A stretch of 64,000 nt of DNA, from the NCBI GenBank assembly GCA_964016885.1, contig OZ024762.1, positions 9,300,001 through 9,364,000 of the forward strand, given 5' to 3'. How positions within the stretch are numbered: the stretch's first letter is position 1; every line of letters starts with the position of its first letter. Below, piece by piece: positions 12,156 through 27,912 of the stretch. This DNA is from Eledone cirrhosa (taxonomy: Eukaryota). Both the position numbers and the translations under genes were made by a program. The notes beneath the pieces were generated by a model. The model was given only the letters and a program-made list of their open reading frames with translations, did no database searches and was not told where the DNA came from.

Positions 12156-12405
12156 CTGTAGTGGTGGCGTAAGTGGAAAAAGAAAAATACAATGAGAGGA
12201 AGAGAGGGGGAAGGAAGAGAGAGGGGGGGGCACATAGAGAGAGGGGGGAGGAAGAGAGAGGACACAGAGAGAGAGGGGGGAAAGAGTGGGGTAGCTACAA
12301 ATTTCCAATGATATATACATAGAGAGACAGACAGACGGAGGTACGGTTTAGAGAGGGGAAGATTGAGAGGAGAAAGAGAGAGTGTGTGTGTGTGTATGTG
12401 TGTAT

Positions 12406-12479
<74 letters not shown>

Positions 12480-12554
12480 CGGTTGCGTGTTGACCAGCAA
12501 GCGTTATATAATGAAACGTAATTGAGAGATGTGCCTTATCACACGCTGAGAGAC

Positions 12555-12608
<54 letters not shown>

Positions 12609-12764
12609 GTGTGTGTGTGAGTGTGTGTATTTGTATGTGTAAAAGAGAGAGAGAGTGTGTGTGTCTGATAGGAAAAGGAAGTAATTTTTTCTGGTGATCT
12701 CTTTTGATTTATGCTTTAATAATTAGTTCACTCACACGGCTTTTGGACATTCGTAACGGTTGAC

Positions 12765-12831
<67 letters not shown>

Positions 12832-12957
12832 CATATATATATATGTATGTGTGTGTATGTGGTAGTATACACACACACACACATGCTCTCTGTATATGTA
12901 TATATATATATATAAAGAGAAAGAGAGAGCGATGTAGATATATATATATATATATAC

Positions 12958-13014
<57 letters not shown>

Positions 13015-13129
13015 TGTATAAGAAGCAATGAAAATATCAGTAATACGAAAAGACTTCCTGGTGGAAGTTCAGGTAAACTCCGGGTGAATATCCAGATTCA
13101 GAGTGAAAATCCAACGAATATATATATAT

Positions 13130-13148
13130 ATATATAACATACAAATAT

Positions 13149-13183
<35 letters not shown>

Positions 13184-13194
13184 CATACAAATAT

Positions 13195-13241
<47 letters not shown>

Positions 13242-13340
13242 CATACAAATATAACATATATATATAACATACAAGTATAACATATATATATAACATACAA
13301 GTATAACATATATATATATATATATATAACATACAAATAT

Positions 13341-13377
<37 letters not shown>

Positions 13378-13522
13378 CATACAAATATAACATATATATA
13401 TATATATATATAACATACAAGTATAACATATATATATATATATAACATACAAGTATAACATATATATATATATATAACATACAAGTATAACATATATATA
13501 TATATATATAACATACAAATAT

Positions 13523-13585
<63 letters not shown>

Positions 13586-13625
13586 CATACAAGTATAACA
13601 TATATATATATAACATACAAATATA

Positions 13626-13630
<5 letters not shown>
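13130..13630. repeat. Composite minisatellite: TAACATACAARTATAACA units separated by variable (TA)n
   Basis: About 13 units visible. Confidence 0.9.
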
Positions 13631-13701
<71 letters not shown>

Positions 13702-13803
13702 AGAGAGAGAGACAGATTTTTATTTTTTACTTGTGCCGCTCCATACGATCGCGTCAATGTTACGAAAGATATATCCAGGTCTAAAAGACAATATAGGTTA
13801 GAG

Positions 13804-14590
13804 CAGGCATGTCAAATTGAGGGTCCCCCGGGGCCCACATAGGTCACATGTGAGGTCTGAGGGCCACACACGGCAACTGATTCTGCACATTACAACTATT
13901 TTTACGAAGATAAAACATGCTCGCGTTTTAACAAAAACTTTGTGCGGGCCGCAGGTGTGCTTGTAAAGGGCCGCATGTGTGCTTGTAAACGGCCGCATGC
14001 TACCTGCTGGTCGCAGGTGTGCTTGTAAACGGCCGCATGCTACCTGCTGGTCGCATGTGTGCTTGTAAACGGCCGCATGCTACCTGCTGGTCGCAGGTGT
14101 GCTTGTAAACGGCCGCATGCTACCTGCGGGCCGCATGTGTGCTTGTAAACGGCCGCATGCTACCTGCTGGTCGCAGGTGTGCTTGTAAACGGCCGCATGC
14201 TACCTGCGGGCCGCATGTGTGCTTGTAAACGGCCGCATGCTACCTGCGGGCCGCATGTGTGCTTGTAAACGGCCGCATGCTACCTGCTGGTCGCAGGTGT
14301 GCTTGTAAACGGCCGCATGCTACCTGCTGGTCGCATGTGTGCTTGTAAACGGCCGCATGCTACCTGCGGGCCGCATGTGTGCTTGTAAACGGCCGCATGC
14401 TACCTGCTGGTCGCAGGTGTGCTTGTAAAGGTCCGCATGCTACCTGCTGGTCGCAGGTGTGCTTGTAAACGGCCGCATGCTACCTGCGGGCCGCAGGTGT
14501 GCTTGTAAACGGCCGCATGCTACCTGCCGGCCGCATGTGTGCTTGTAAAGGGCCGCATGCTACCTGCTGGCCGCATGTTTGACATGCCTG
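13804..14590. mobile_element. Non-autonomous hAT (Charlie-like) element with internal 40-bp minisatellite
   Basis: 13-bp TIRs CAGGCATGTCAAA / TTTGACATGCCTG; 8-bp TSD ggttagag/gtttagag (7/8, NTNTAGAN-like); ~15 copies of a 40-bp unit at ~13970-14578. Confidence 0.85.
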
Positions 14591-14796
14591 GTTTAGAGGC
14601 GACAACATAGAACCTATAATAACAACATTGGGCTGAGAAATAGCAGAGTCGTTAGAAGGTCAGATAGAATTCCTTGGGGTATTCGTTCCAGCTCTCTTCT
14701 CTCTGAGTTCAAATCCCGCCGAGGTCAACTTTGCCTTTTATCTCCATTCTAGGTCTTTCAACAAAAGTACCAGTCTTGTATTGCGATAGATTCTTC

Positions 14797-14827
<31 letters not shown>

Positions 14828-15669
14828 TCTCTCTTTCTCTCTGGAAGAAATCTGCAGTATTCAGACGTCGGGGGTAGAACGTCAGATAGAATGTGTGGGT
14901 GTGTCTTGGCCTTGTGTCTAAATCAGAAACGATTATTATCGTTGTTGATGTTTTTATTGGCATTGTTGTTATTGTTCTTGTTCTGGTTATTGTTATGGTT
15001 ATTATCATTGCCACCTTTGTTGTCGTTATCATCACCATCATCATCATCATTATCGTCATCATCATCATCGTTATAATCATCATCATTATCGTCATCTCAT
15101 CATCATCATCGTCATAATCATCATTATTATCGTCCGTGATTAACTTTGCCTTCATCCTTACGTGGGGTGGGGATCGATAAAATAAAGTACCAGTAATGCA
15201 CTGGTTCGATTTAATCGACTTTGCCCTCCCCCCCAAAAAAAATTGCTGGCCTTGTACTTAAATGAGAAACAATTATTATCATCATCACCATCATCATCAT
15301 CACCATCACCATCAATATTTCTTATATAAACTCATCACTTCGTTGTTATCCTTGTTCTGTAGGAATTTGGATAGCTTAGATGTCAAACTCTCTCCTGCAG
15401 CCTGAGGTAGGTGCCATTTTTATTATCATCATCATCATCATCATCACCATCATCATCATCATTATTATTGTTGCGTGTGGATAGGCAGTATCGGTAGACG
15501 GTCAGATGCCATGCTTTGCAGCAATGAGTTACGGCCCTTTACGGTCTGAGCTCAAATCCCGCCGGGGTTAACTTTGCCCTTCATCCTTACGGGGTCGATA
15601 AAAATAAAGTACCAGTGATACACTGGGGAAATTGCTGGCCTTGTGCCAAAAGTAGAAACAATTGTTATT

Positions 15670-16320
15670 GCCTCGTGTGGGACGGATCCGGTTATCGACT
15701 GAGTCCATTGTGCAGATAGCCCCGCCATCCTCCTTTAAAGAGGAGGAAGGGCAAGCAGTTTTCATCTGCCTGGTGGCCATGGCGGAAGAGATTGTGTGGT
15801 GGACACGGTTGAAAGGGTTGAAGACGGACATTTTCCTCTTCGGCCAATCCCTGATTAACCTTTTCAAATTTCACTTGAAGAGGAAAATCAAGATGGAGAA
15901 GCAAGTGCTGTCTTCTAGTAAGTTTGTTGAACGGTGAGTGAAAGTGGCGAGTCTGGTCCGATTGAACGGGCACGCACTGAGTATGCGCCTGTAGACTGGG
16001 GAGTGGGAGAACTGAGAGAGGGCGCTTGCCCTGGCGGCCAGGGTGGCCGTCGTCTTTTGTGCGGTTTTCGCCACGAGTGACCTTCGAAGGTTTCCCCACT
16101 TTTGGGGGAATTTTTGTTGTTTGAATTTTTTTGATTTGTTTTTACACATTTCTATTTGCTTGCTATAACCTTTTTACACGGCCAAACCCCACTTTGTACC
16201 GCCCTGTACCGTCCTGTACCGTCCTGTACCGCCCTGTACCGTCCTGTACCGTCCTGTACCGTTCTGTACCGTTCTGTGCCGTTTTTCTACATGTCAGCCC
16301 TTGTGGCCAATAAAGAAACC
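15670..16320 (+). mobile_element. Tx1/L1-like LINE 3' fragment (ORF2 C-terminus + 3'UTR with 10-bp CTGTACCGTC repeats)
   Basis: VFICLVAMAEEIVWWTRLKGL...FKFHLKRKIKMEKQVLSSSKFVER; AATAAA and (ATT)n tail; relatives at 30462-30820 and 23690-23905(-). Clade assignment is inference. Confidence 0.7.
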
Positions 16321-17659
16321 TTTATTATTATTATTTTTATTACTATTACTTTGGTTAGCTTACGGGGTCGATAAAATAAAGTACCAGTAATGTACTGAGA
16401 TAATTGCTGGCCTTGAGCTTGAAGTAGAAATAATAATTATTGTTATTACTATTAAAAATTGTCATCGTCGTCATCACGTTGTAATCATCATCATCATCAT
16501 CATCTCCATCACCATCACCACCACCACCACCACCACCACCACTATCATCATCACCATCACCACCATCACCATTACCACCACCACCACCATCATGACCATC
16601 ACCACCACTATCACCATCACCACCATCATCACCACCACTATCACCATCACCACCACCAGCTTCACCATCACCACCATCACCACCACCATCACCACCACCA
16701 CCATCACCATCACCACCATCATCATCACCACCATCATCACCACCACCACCACCACCACCACTATCATCATCACCATCACCACCATCACCATTACCACCAC
16801 CACCACCATCATGACCATCACCACCACTATCACCATCACCACCATCATCACCACCACTATCACCATCACCACCACCAGCTTCACCATCACCACCATCACC
16901 ACCACCATCACCACCACCACCACCATCACCATCACCATCAACTATAAAAGGCTAGTTAGTTCTACTTCCATCTCTCAAGTATTTCTTATATATCTTTAAT
17001 AAAAATTACTAATCTTCTTCCTTCTCTTTCTTAGTTTTAGACATTTTGTCGAATATTTTTAAAATGTTATATTTTCCTAATGGCTGCTCTCCGGGGATGG
17101 GTTGGAGACACGAAAAAATAAACTTTTGTTCGAATTATTTTCCTTAATATTCTTCATTTTTTTTCTCTTTTTTCGCAGTGATGTTGGTTTATATATATTT
17201 TATATTTTTCATAGAAATTTTTCTTTGCAAGTGTTGTTGTTGTTGTTATTTTGATGTTTGTTTACTTTTTGCTGATTTTTCTCCCAGTTTTTTTTTTTTT
17301 TTTTTTTTTTTTTAGCTTTTTATTTGACGAATTTGTTTTATTTATTTATTTTTTTTTAATTAATTGGTCTGTTTTGCTCGGTACTGGCTGCAAAATGGTA
17401 GAAAACAATTCAGTTAAGGAATGGCCATCATATGTCGAACAAGACTAATAAACACAAATAATAAGCAAAATAGATAGCTAAATAAATAAATAAATAAATA
17501 AGTAAATGATCAGCAAATAGCAATGAAGGACAATAACAAAAATATTTCCGATAAAGGAGACATTTTGTGTCGGGTTTTAAGGAAATTACAATTATTGTTT
17601 GAGGTGTCTAAAGTGTTTACGGAACAAAAATAATAAGACTGAGTCGGGGGGAATTAGTG

Positions 17660-17735
<76 letters not shown>

Positions 17736-18010
17736 ATGTATATATATATGTATGTATATATCTGTATATGTATATGTGCTTATATATGCATGTAAATGGG
17801 TATACATATATATGTATATGTGTATATATACATGTGTATGTATATACATATATATATATGCGTATATATATATATATGTGTGTATATATATATATGTATT
17901 TGTGTATATATACGTATATATATATATATATGTATTTGTGTATATATATGTATATATATTTATATGTGTATATATATATGTATATATGTATATGTACATA
18001 TGTATATATA

Positions 18011-18051
<41 letters not shown>

Positions 18052-18107
18052 ATATATACGTACATATATGAATATATATGCATGTACATATATGTTCATA
18101 TGCACAT

Positions 18108-18157
<50 letters not shown>

Positions 18158-18425
18158 AATTATTCGAAGAAAAATTAACTAACTTTCATTAAACAGTTTT
18201 AAAGTTGGTTGATCTTCCTTCAAATAATTTTGAATATATATATGCTCTGCTTACTTCCTAAATGCCTCACTAATTCTTTCCAAGTTCCAACATGGCTTCT
18301 CTCTTTACGCTTGTTTTGCATCAGAAAAATATTGAGCAATCGCTTCTTTCTGTGGCAGGCAATTACGTCTTATATATGTCTCTCCTTTGAGAGTTCATTA
18401 TATTCTTCCATTTTTGATATATATG

Positions 18426-18482
<57 letters not shown>

Positions 18483-18556
18483 TTTGTGTTTTTGCATATC
18501 ACACTTTTGTCTTGTGCCAATATATATATGTGTATATATATGTACATATATATGTA

Positions 18557-18662
<106 letters not shown>

Positions 18663-18674
18663 TGTATGTATATG

Positions 18675-18716
<42 letters not shown>

Positions 18717-18818
18717 TGTATGTATATATATATATATGTATATATGTATGTATATATATATAAATATATATGTATGTATATATATATACATATATATAGG
18801 TATGTATATATATAAATA

Positions 18819-18878
<60 letters not shown>

Positions 18879-19222
18879 TATGTATGTATATATATATATG
18901 TATATATATATATAAATATATATGTATGTATATATATATGTATGTATACATACATATGTATGTATATATATAAATATATATGTATGTATATATATATATA
19001 TAAATATATATGTATGTATATATATATATACATATATATATGCATTTTTATATATATATACATATATATATATGTATGTAAATATATACATATATGTATA
19101 TATGTATATACATACATATATATTTATATATATATATATATATATGTACATATATATGTACATATATATGTACATATATATATATATATATGAATATATA
19201 TATATATATATGTACATATATA

Positions 19223-19298
<76 letters not shown>

Positions 19299-19344
19299 TA
19301 TATATATTTATATATATATATATATATATATATGTACATATATA

Positions 19345-19425
<81 letters not shown>

Positions 19426-19558
19426 GTATATATATATATGTACATATATATGTACATATATATATATGTACATATATATATATATTAAGAGGTTTTACAA
19501 CGAGGTTTTTATTGATTAGGCTCAATCAAAAGCAGAATGTTAAAACTCGTTTTGTTCT

Positions 19559-19601
<43 letters not shown>

Positions 19602-19631
19602 GGGTATATGTATGTATCTGTATGTATATAC

Positions 19632-19713
<82 letters not shown>

Positions 19714-19894
19714 AATTGCTTAGATGGGTTGATGATACAACCATATAAAGAACATATCAAACCTCAATATGATTTTATAGTCGTCAGCAAGATATGTAAG
19801 AGACAACTTAGCGTTTAATCCAATCTGGAAATGTCCAATCAGTAGTTTTGCAATATCAAAAAGCATATATATAAATATATATATATATATATGG

Positions 19895-19953
<59 letters not shown>

Positions 19954-20059
19954 AACAAGTAAGGGGTCTTACTTGTTCCTATTACCCACTCTACTACCCT
20001 AAGTATTGAGTACTTTGGTGCGTTATGGTCCACCTGGTTCCTTACCACATTTCCTTCGT

Positions 20060-20202
<143 letters not shown>

Positions 20203-20207
20203 ATATA

Positions 20208-20238
<31 letters not shown>

Positions 20239-20241
20239 GTG

Positions 20242-20273
<32 letters not shown>

Positions 20274-20455
20274 GTAATAATAATAAATGCGAAAACTAAA
20301 ATCCGAAGAGGGTTCGATAAGGATAATATATATATAAAAATATTTTTTTTTTTTAAATATATATATATATATATATAATTATATATATATATATATATAA
20401 AATAATTAAGTCAAATATGTAAAATTTGGCTTCGTTTATTATAAATTATAGATAT

Positions 20456-20510
20456 ACTGCTATATATATTTCGGTGACAGCCATCATTGGCTGCGACCTC
20501 TTCAGGCAGT
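20456..20510 (-). ncRNA. Type-I hammerhead ribozyme
   Basis: ACUGC-CUGAAGA-GGU C GCAGCCA auga UGGCUGU C ACC-GAAA-UAUAUA-UA-GCAGU. Confidence 0.8.
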
Positions 20511-20889
20511 CCAAATTGGTGTGGTAGAGACAGGTACACATGTTGAAGTGTGTCAATACAACCAACATATACTCAAAATCTCTCTCTATATATATATATG
20601 ATAATAATAATTATTTCTACTTTTGGCACAAGGCCAGCAATTATCCCAGTGCATAACTGGTACTTTATTTTATCGACCCCGTAAGGATGAAAGGCAGAGT
20701 TGACCTCGGCGGGATTGTGAACTCAGAATGGCAACAACAATAACAACCACAATAGGAAATAAAACAATCAGTAGTAGTAACAACTCCGAGTTAATCAACA
20801 ACAGATGTTGTTGATGTTGTTGTTGTTGTTGCTGGCACATAATTGCAACATGTCAAGAACTGCAAAAATAACGACAACAACAAAAACAA

Positions 20890-21095
20890 CTTCAGCAACG
20901 GCTTTGATAGTACAACAACAACAACAACAACAACAAAAACAACATCAGCAACGGCTCTGATAGTACAACAACAACAACAACAACAACAACAAAAACAACA
21001 TCAGCAACGGCTCTGATAGTACAACAACAACAACAACAACAACAACATCAGCAACGGCTCTGATAGTACAACAACAACAACAACAACAACAGCAA
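20890..21095. repeat. TCAGCAACGGCTCTGATAGTA units separated by (CAA)n, 4 copies
   Basis: Direct inspection. Confidence 0.85.
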
Positions 21096-22344
21096 CAATA
21101 ACTGCTCCGAGAACAGCTGTGATAACAGCAACAGCATCAACAACAACAACAACAACAACAGCAGCAGCAACAAGAGCAACAACACCAACAATAACAAGAG
21201 CAACAACAACAACAACAACAACAACAGTACCAACAACAACAGCATCAGCAACAGCAGCCGCAACAACAACAACAACAGAAGCAACACCCAACATCACCTG
21301 CATCAAAAATACCAAACAACAACTGCACCAACAACAACAACTTCAACAACAACAACAGCAACTGTTGTACCAACCAAAATGGCGCCAATAACCCCCCCCC
21401 CCACCACCACCACCACCACCACCCAACAAAAAAACAACAACAATAACAACAACAACAACAACTACTGGACCAAGAACTAAATAACATCAACAACTACACC
21501 ATCGCCGCCGCCACCACCAACACCACCACCACAACCACCACCATCAGCACCATCACCATCACTAGCACAACCAAAACGACAACTTCACCACCACCACCAC
21601 CAACACCACCACTACCAACACCACCAACAACACCACCACCACCAACACCACCAACACCACCAACACCACCACCACCAACACCACCAACAACACCACCACC
21701 AACACCACCACCAACACCACCAACACCACCACCACCAACACCACCAACACCACCACTACCAACAACACCACAGACACCAACAACACCACCAACACAGCCA
21801 CCAACAACACCACAAACACCACCACCACTACCACCACTACCAACAACACCACCACCAACAACACCACCACCACCACCACTACCAACACCACCAACAACAC
21901 CACTACCAACACCACTACCACCACCACCAACACCACCGCCACCACCACCAATACCAACACCACCAACAACACCACTACCAACACCACTACCACCACCACC
22001 AACAACACCACTACCAACAACAACACCACCAACAACACCACAAACAACACCACTACCAACAACAACACCACCAACAACACCACAAACACCACCAACACCA
22101 CCACTACCAACAACACCACCACCACCAACACAGCCACCATCGTCACCACCGGAACAACAACACCACCATCACCACCACCGGAACAACAACACCAACAACA
22201 ACAACAACAGTATTTTTGAAATTTAATTTTTCATTTGTTTCATAAAGACGTTTCATTTTTAGCCCCTGGCCATCTTTCCTCGTGTCAAACAGTCCAAAGT
22301 GTATATATTGCTGGGTGTGTATATATGTATATACATATATATAA

Positions 22345-22376
<32 letters not shown>

Positions 22377-22389
22377 ATGTGTGTGTGTG

Positions 22390-22423
<34 letters not shown>

Positions 22424-22434
22424 ATGTGTGTGTG

Positions 22435-22465
<31 letters not shown>

Positions 22466-22505
22466 TGAGAGATGTGTATATACATATATACATATATATA
22501 TATAA

Positions 22506-22564
<59 letters not shown>

Positions 22565-22595
22565 GTGTATATACATATATACATATATATATATA

Positions 22596-22644
<49 letters not shown>

Positions 22645-23288
22645 TGTGAATATACATATATACATATATATATATATATAATGTGTGTTTGTGTATGTGT
22701 ATATAGATATATGCATATATGCATATATGTGTGTGTGTGTGTGTGGATATATATATATATATATATTTATGAGTGTGTGTATGTGTTTGTGTGTGTATAT
22801 ACATCATACATGCATATATATGTGTGTGTGTGTTTGTGTGTTTGTGTGTGTGTTTCTTACATAACGGGTTGTTTGTTTGTGCAGTTTTGTTCATGTTAAG
22901 GTGCTAGTTGTTGTTGTTGTTGCTGTTGTTACCGGTGGTGGTGGCGAAGGTAGTGGTGGTGGTGGTGGTGGTGGTGGTAGTGGTGGTGGTGGCAGTGGTG
23001 GTGGTGGTGGTAGTGGCAGTGGTGCTCATGGCGATGGTAGTGATGGCGATGGTAGTGGTGGTGGTGATGGTAGTGGCAGTGGTGGTGATGGCGATGGTAT
23101 TGGTGGTGGTGGTGGTGGCGATGTTAGTGGTGGTGGTGGTGGTGGTGGTGGTGGTGGTGTCTGGCTGGGGGAGGGCTAGTTTAATTATGTCCTCCTCTAC
23201 TTCGTACCAATCTAACAACACAAACTGGCCTCACATTTCAATAACCAGCGCTCCTTTTAACTTTAGCGACCCGCCACGCGTATATATA

Positions 23289-23340
<52 letters not shown>

Positions 23341-24118
23341 CATATATATAAAATATATAAATATATATATCGATAAATATATACACATATATATATAAAT
23401 ATATATATATATGTATATATTTAAATATATATATATATACACATATATATATATGTATATACACATATATATATACACACACACATATATATATATAATT
23501 ATACGTTATATATATATATATAGATAGATATATTTCTTTATTAGCCACAGGGGCACAAAAGAAGGGGACAAATACAAAGGGGGAAGTTTACATACAATAA
23601 AAACGTGTAAAATGTTATCACAAATGGAATTTAAAAAGTTAGTCGATTTTCCCCAATAGAGGGAGACAGTTTATATGGGTAACACATACCCCCGAAAAAA
23701 AATGTGCAACCCTCATCTCCAGGAGTACGAAGAGTTTGGACTCCTTTCCTCTCCTCCTCCTTTTCCTCAACCTACAGGCTGATATAGAGAGAAGGCCCAT
23801 TCACTCGGGCCATTCTCGCCACTTTCACCCACCTTTCATAAAACTTGCTGGGGTACATCACCTCTCTCTCCATCCTGATTCTTCTTCCAAAGTGGTATTT
23901 GAAAAAAAGAATATATATATATAGATAGATAAAATATTAAACAAATAATGAATAAAACAATGAAACAGTTCCTTATATTAAACAAAAAAAGTTCATTATT
24001 TAACGATCGTTTCTAGGATATATATGTGTTAGAATTGGCATGCATATTCAACAGATCTATGTACAAAATTATACAAAATTATACAAACTATCAAGATTAA
24101 ATATACATACCAACATAT

Positions 24119-24152
<34 letters not shown>

Positions 24153-24234
24153 CATTATTAAAGCCAGTTACCTTAATTGTGCCATACCAGGTACGTACGT
24201 TTCGTTAGATAAAAACATAAAGCAATATTAAGGA

Positions 24235-24475
24235 GGCCAATTCTTTAATACATACCTAGAAAAGTGAGAACATCGCGAGTTGAATTCTGTACGTGTGTTA
24301 AGCGATTTATTATTGTTGTGGAAGTTATTCAATATCCATCATTTGGCTTTGAACCCATTTATACATGGTCGAGATTTTTCTAGTATCTTACATCACATAA
24401 AGAATACTGTGTCCTTGTCTTTCAGTTACCATATTTTATTCACCAAATTGGTGGTGTTTATTTACCAACCTGTTA
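24235..24475 (-). pseudogene. Decayed Penelope-like GIY-YIG C-terminal remnant
   Basis: TTNLVNKIW*LKDKD...CKILEKSRP...SLNTRTEFNSRCSHFSRY aligns by eye to the C-terminus of the 50620-52085 element. Confidence 0.65.
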
Positions 24476-24517
24476 CTACAATATATATATATATATATAT
24501 AGATATAGATATATATA

Positions 24518-24755
24518 TTATTGAGTAAAATGACAGGAGGCTGGACTGGTGAAATTCCTTAAATCTTTAAGGAATTTCTCCAGTTTGGCCTCCTGTCATT
24601 TTACTCAATAATAATTAACTCCGTTCTTGCACCATCAACAAGATTCAACATAAACGAAGATGGATGAGTTGCATTACGTCGAGTGCTTTTCTAATATTAC
24701 ATCACGGTTGACTATACGGAATCACCAGTTCTATCCAGTGGTGAACCAACAAACC

Positions 24756-24757
<2 letters not shown>
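24518..24757 (+). mobile_element. Fold-back element (~45-bp arms, 24518-24612) + tail
   Basis: ttattgagtaaaatgacaggaggc...gcctcctgtcattttactcaataa; tail has gtcgagtgcttt at 24678; flanked by (TA)n. Confidence 0.7.
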
Positions 24758-24786
<29 letters not shown>

Positions 24787-24911
24787 TCATATATATATAC
24801 ACACACACATTGGGTGTCCCCAAAAATGTATACAGACTTTAACAGCATTCTAAAAATGTGGGTGACACCCTGTATACAAATATATAAATACACACACACA
24901 CACACACACAG

Positions 24912-24973
<62 letters not shown>

Positions 24974-24974
24974 T

Positions 24975-25900
24975 CGCCCACTTATTCCTGAGAAGGTCTT
25001 AGGAGCAGAGTCCTCAAACACTCCCTTCAACGGGTCCTCTCAGAAGCTGTTGATCCGGCTGGATCCCCAAGCGAGACCAGCCAAGCTCATGGATGTTATC
25101 CAACCATCTTGCTCGGGGTCTACCCCTGGGTCTCCGTCAGTTCGTTTTGTCCGTAAAATCTTTTCTGAGACATTCTAACCACATACCCATAGTATCGGAG
25201 CTGTGATCTCTCAATTCGAAGAAGTAGCAGCTCTACCTGGAGTGACTCTCTGATCTCCGAGCTACACACTCTATCGAGTAACATTGCTCCAAAGACCCTT
25301 CAGAGGAACCCATAGTATCGGAGCTGTGATCTCTCAATTCGAAGAAGTAGCAGCTCTACCTGGAGTGACTCTCTGATATCTGAGCTACACACTCTATCGA
25401 GTAACATTGCTCCAAAGACCCTTCAGAGGAACCCATAGTATCGGAGCTGTGATCTCTCAATTCGAAGAAGTAGCAGCTCTACCTGGAGTGACTCTCTGAT
25501 AGCTGAGCTACCCACTCTATCGAGTAATGTTACTCCAAAGATCCTTCGGGTGAACCCATAGTATCGGAGCTGTGTTCTCTCAATTCAGAGAAGAAGCAGC
25601 TCTACCTGGAGTGACTCTCTGATCTCCGAGCTACCCACTCTATCGAGTAATGTTACTCCAAAGACCCTTCGGACGAACCCCATTTCGGCAGCTTGTATTG
25701 GCGATCGTATTCTTTCGATCATTACCCAAGATTCATGACCATAGTTAAGGGTTGGTATGAATACCGTATTGGCTTCTACACCTACCTCCTTCTTCTGATT
25801 ACTGAATGATGAAGCTGGTGCATTAGTGCACCAGCTCCTGCAATTCTTGCACTTAATTCAGCCTCCTGCCCTCTATCATTCGGGATCTGAACCCTCCTCA
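24975..25900 (-). mobile_element. RTE LINE 3' fragment with internal 123-bp x4 in-frame tandem duplication (25186-25680)
   Basis: Encodes IPTLNYGHESW..IQAAEMGFVRRVFGVTLLDRV..SEIRESL..IERSQLRYYG..RPRGRPRARWLDNI; ccc starts at 25186, 25309, 25432, 25555, 25678. Confidence 0.85.
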
Positions 25901-27335
25901 TTCTATCTGATGTTCTAACGACTCTGCTAATCCGCCTTCTCATGATAAGATAGAATAGATGAAGTATGTTGTCGGGGTGGGAAAAGTTGATACAATAGAC
26001 TGTTGCTTCGACATCACTACCACCAGCGTCTCTACCGCAACCACTACTGCCACCACCACCACTACTGCCACCACCACCACTACTGCCACCACCACCACTA
26101 CTGCCACCACTACCACTACGGCCACCACCACCACTACTACCACCATCTCTATCACCACCACTGTCTCTACCACCACCACTACCGCCACCACAACCACCGC
26201 CACCACCACCACCGCCACTGCCACCACCGACTCTACCACCACTGTCTCTACCAACACCGCCACTACTACCACTAGCGTCTCTACCGCCACCACTACTACC
26301 ACCACTGTCTCTACCACCACTACTGCCACCACCACCAACACCACCACCACAACCAAATCGACAACCATCACCACCACAACAACTACCACCACTACCGTCA
26401 CCAACACCACCACTACCATCACCACCAACGCCTCAACAACTACCACCACCACAACAACAACCGTCATCACCCCTGACGCCACCACCATCACCACCACCAC
26501 CACCACCACAACCACCACCACAACCACCACCACAACTTCAACCATTACTACCACCACCACCACTACCCCAAGAACCATCACCAACCAACAACACCACCAC
26601 AACCACCACCTCAACAACCACTACAACCAAACCATCACCGCCACCAACAACACCACCACCACCACCACCAACAGCACCATCACCACCACCACCATCACCA
26701 TCACCACCACGACCACCATCATCACCACCACTAGCATCACCCCCATCACCACCACCACCACCACCACACCACCTCATCACCACCAACACCATCACCACCA
26801 CCGCCATCACCACCACCATCATCACCCCATCACCACCACCATCATCACCCCATCACCACCACCACCACCACCAACACCACCACCACCACCAACACAACCA
26901 CTATCACCCCATCACCACCACCACCACCACCAACACCACCACCACCACCAACACCACCACTATCACCCCATCACCACCACCATCATCACCACACCACCTC
27001 ATCACCACCCCACCCCCACCACCAACACCACCACCACCACCCCCACCACACCACAACCACCACTCCCGTATATATATATATATATAAAAAATTACCATGT
27101 TGTTGCATTGTGCCAGTTATAAATCATTATTAATATTGATTCTAATTATTATGACTATTACCACCATCATTATTAACCCCACCACCACCACCACCACCAC
27201 CACCACCATCATCACCATCATCATCATCATCATTGTCATCGTAATTATCATCATCATCATCATTACCTTCTCTGTAAGACATCAAAAGAAGTGACATTTT
27301 TCTTGTAAATACATCGTTCACAATATTATGCTCGT

Positions 27336-27375
<40 letters not shown>

Positions 27376-27389
27376 TATGTATAGATATT

Positions 27390-27427
<38 letters not shown>

Positions 27428-27477
27428 TATGTATAGATATTTACTATATATATATATATATACTATGTATAGATATT

Positions 27478-27511
<34 letters not shown>

Positions 27512-27525
27512 TATGTATAGATATT

Positions 27526-27577
<52 letters not shown>

Positions 27578-27685
27578 TATGTATATATATTTACTATATA
27601 TATATATATTTGATTACCGTATAAATGTGTTTTTTTAACGTCTAGTTTCATTAATTACACGTGTGTGTGTATATATATATATATT

Positions 27686-27779
<94 letters not shown>

Positions 27780-27877
27780 ATTTATATGTATATACATATG
27801 TATATATATATATCTATATGTATATACATATGCGTATATATGCATATAAATATATAAATATATACATATATAGAAAG

Positions 27878-27912
<35 letters not shown>

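Noticed and set aside
13130-13630. CRISPR-like repeat-spacer appearance (also 20890-21095)
   Set aside because: Spacers are pure (TA)n or (CAA)n, no cas genes, eukaryotic context.
15363-15406. Plus-strand exon-like segment with AG/GT
   Set aside because: Stops in all three frames; resembles the 3' end of the REL element at 30925 on the minus strand.
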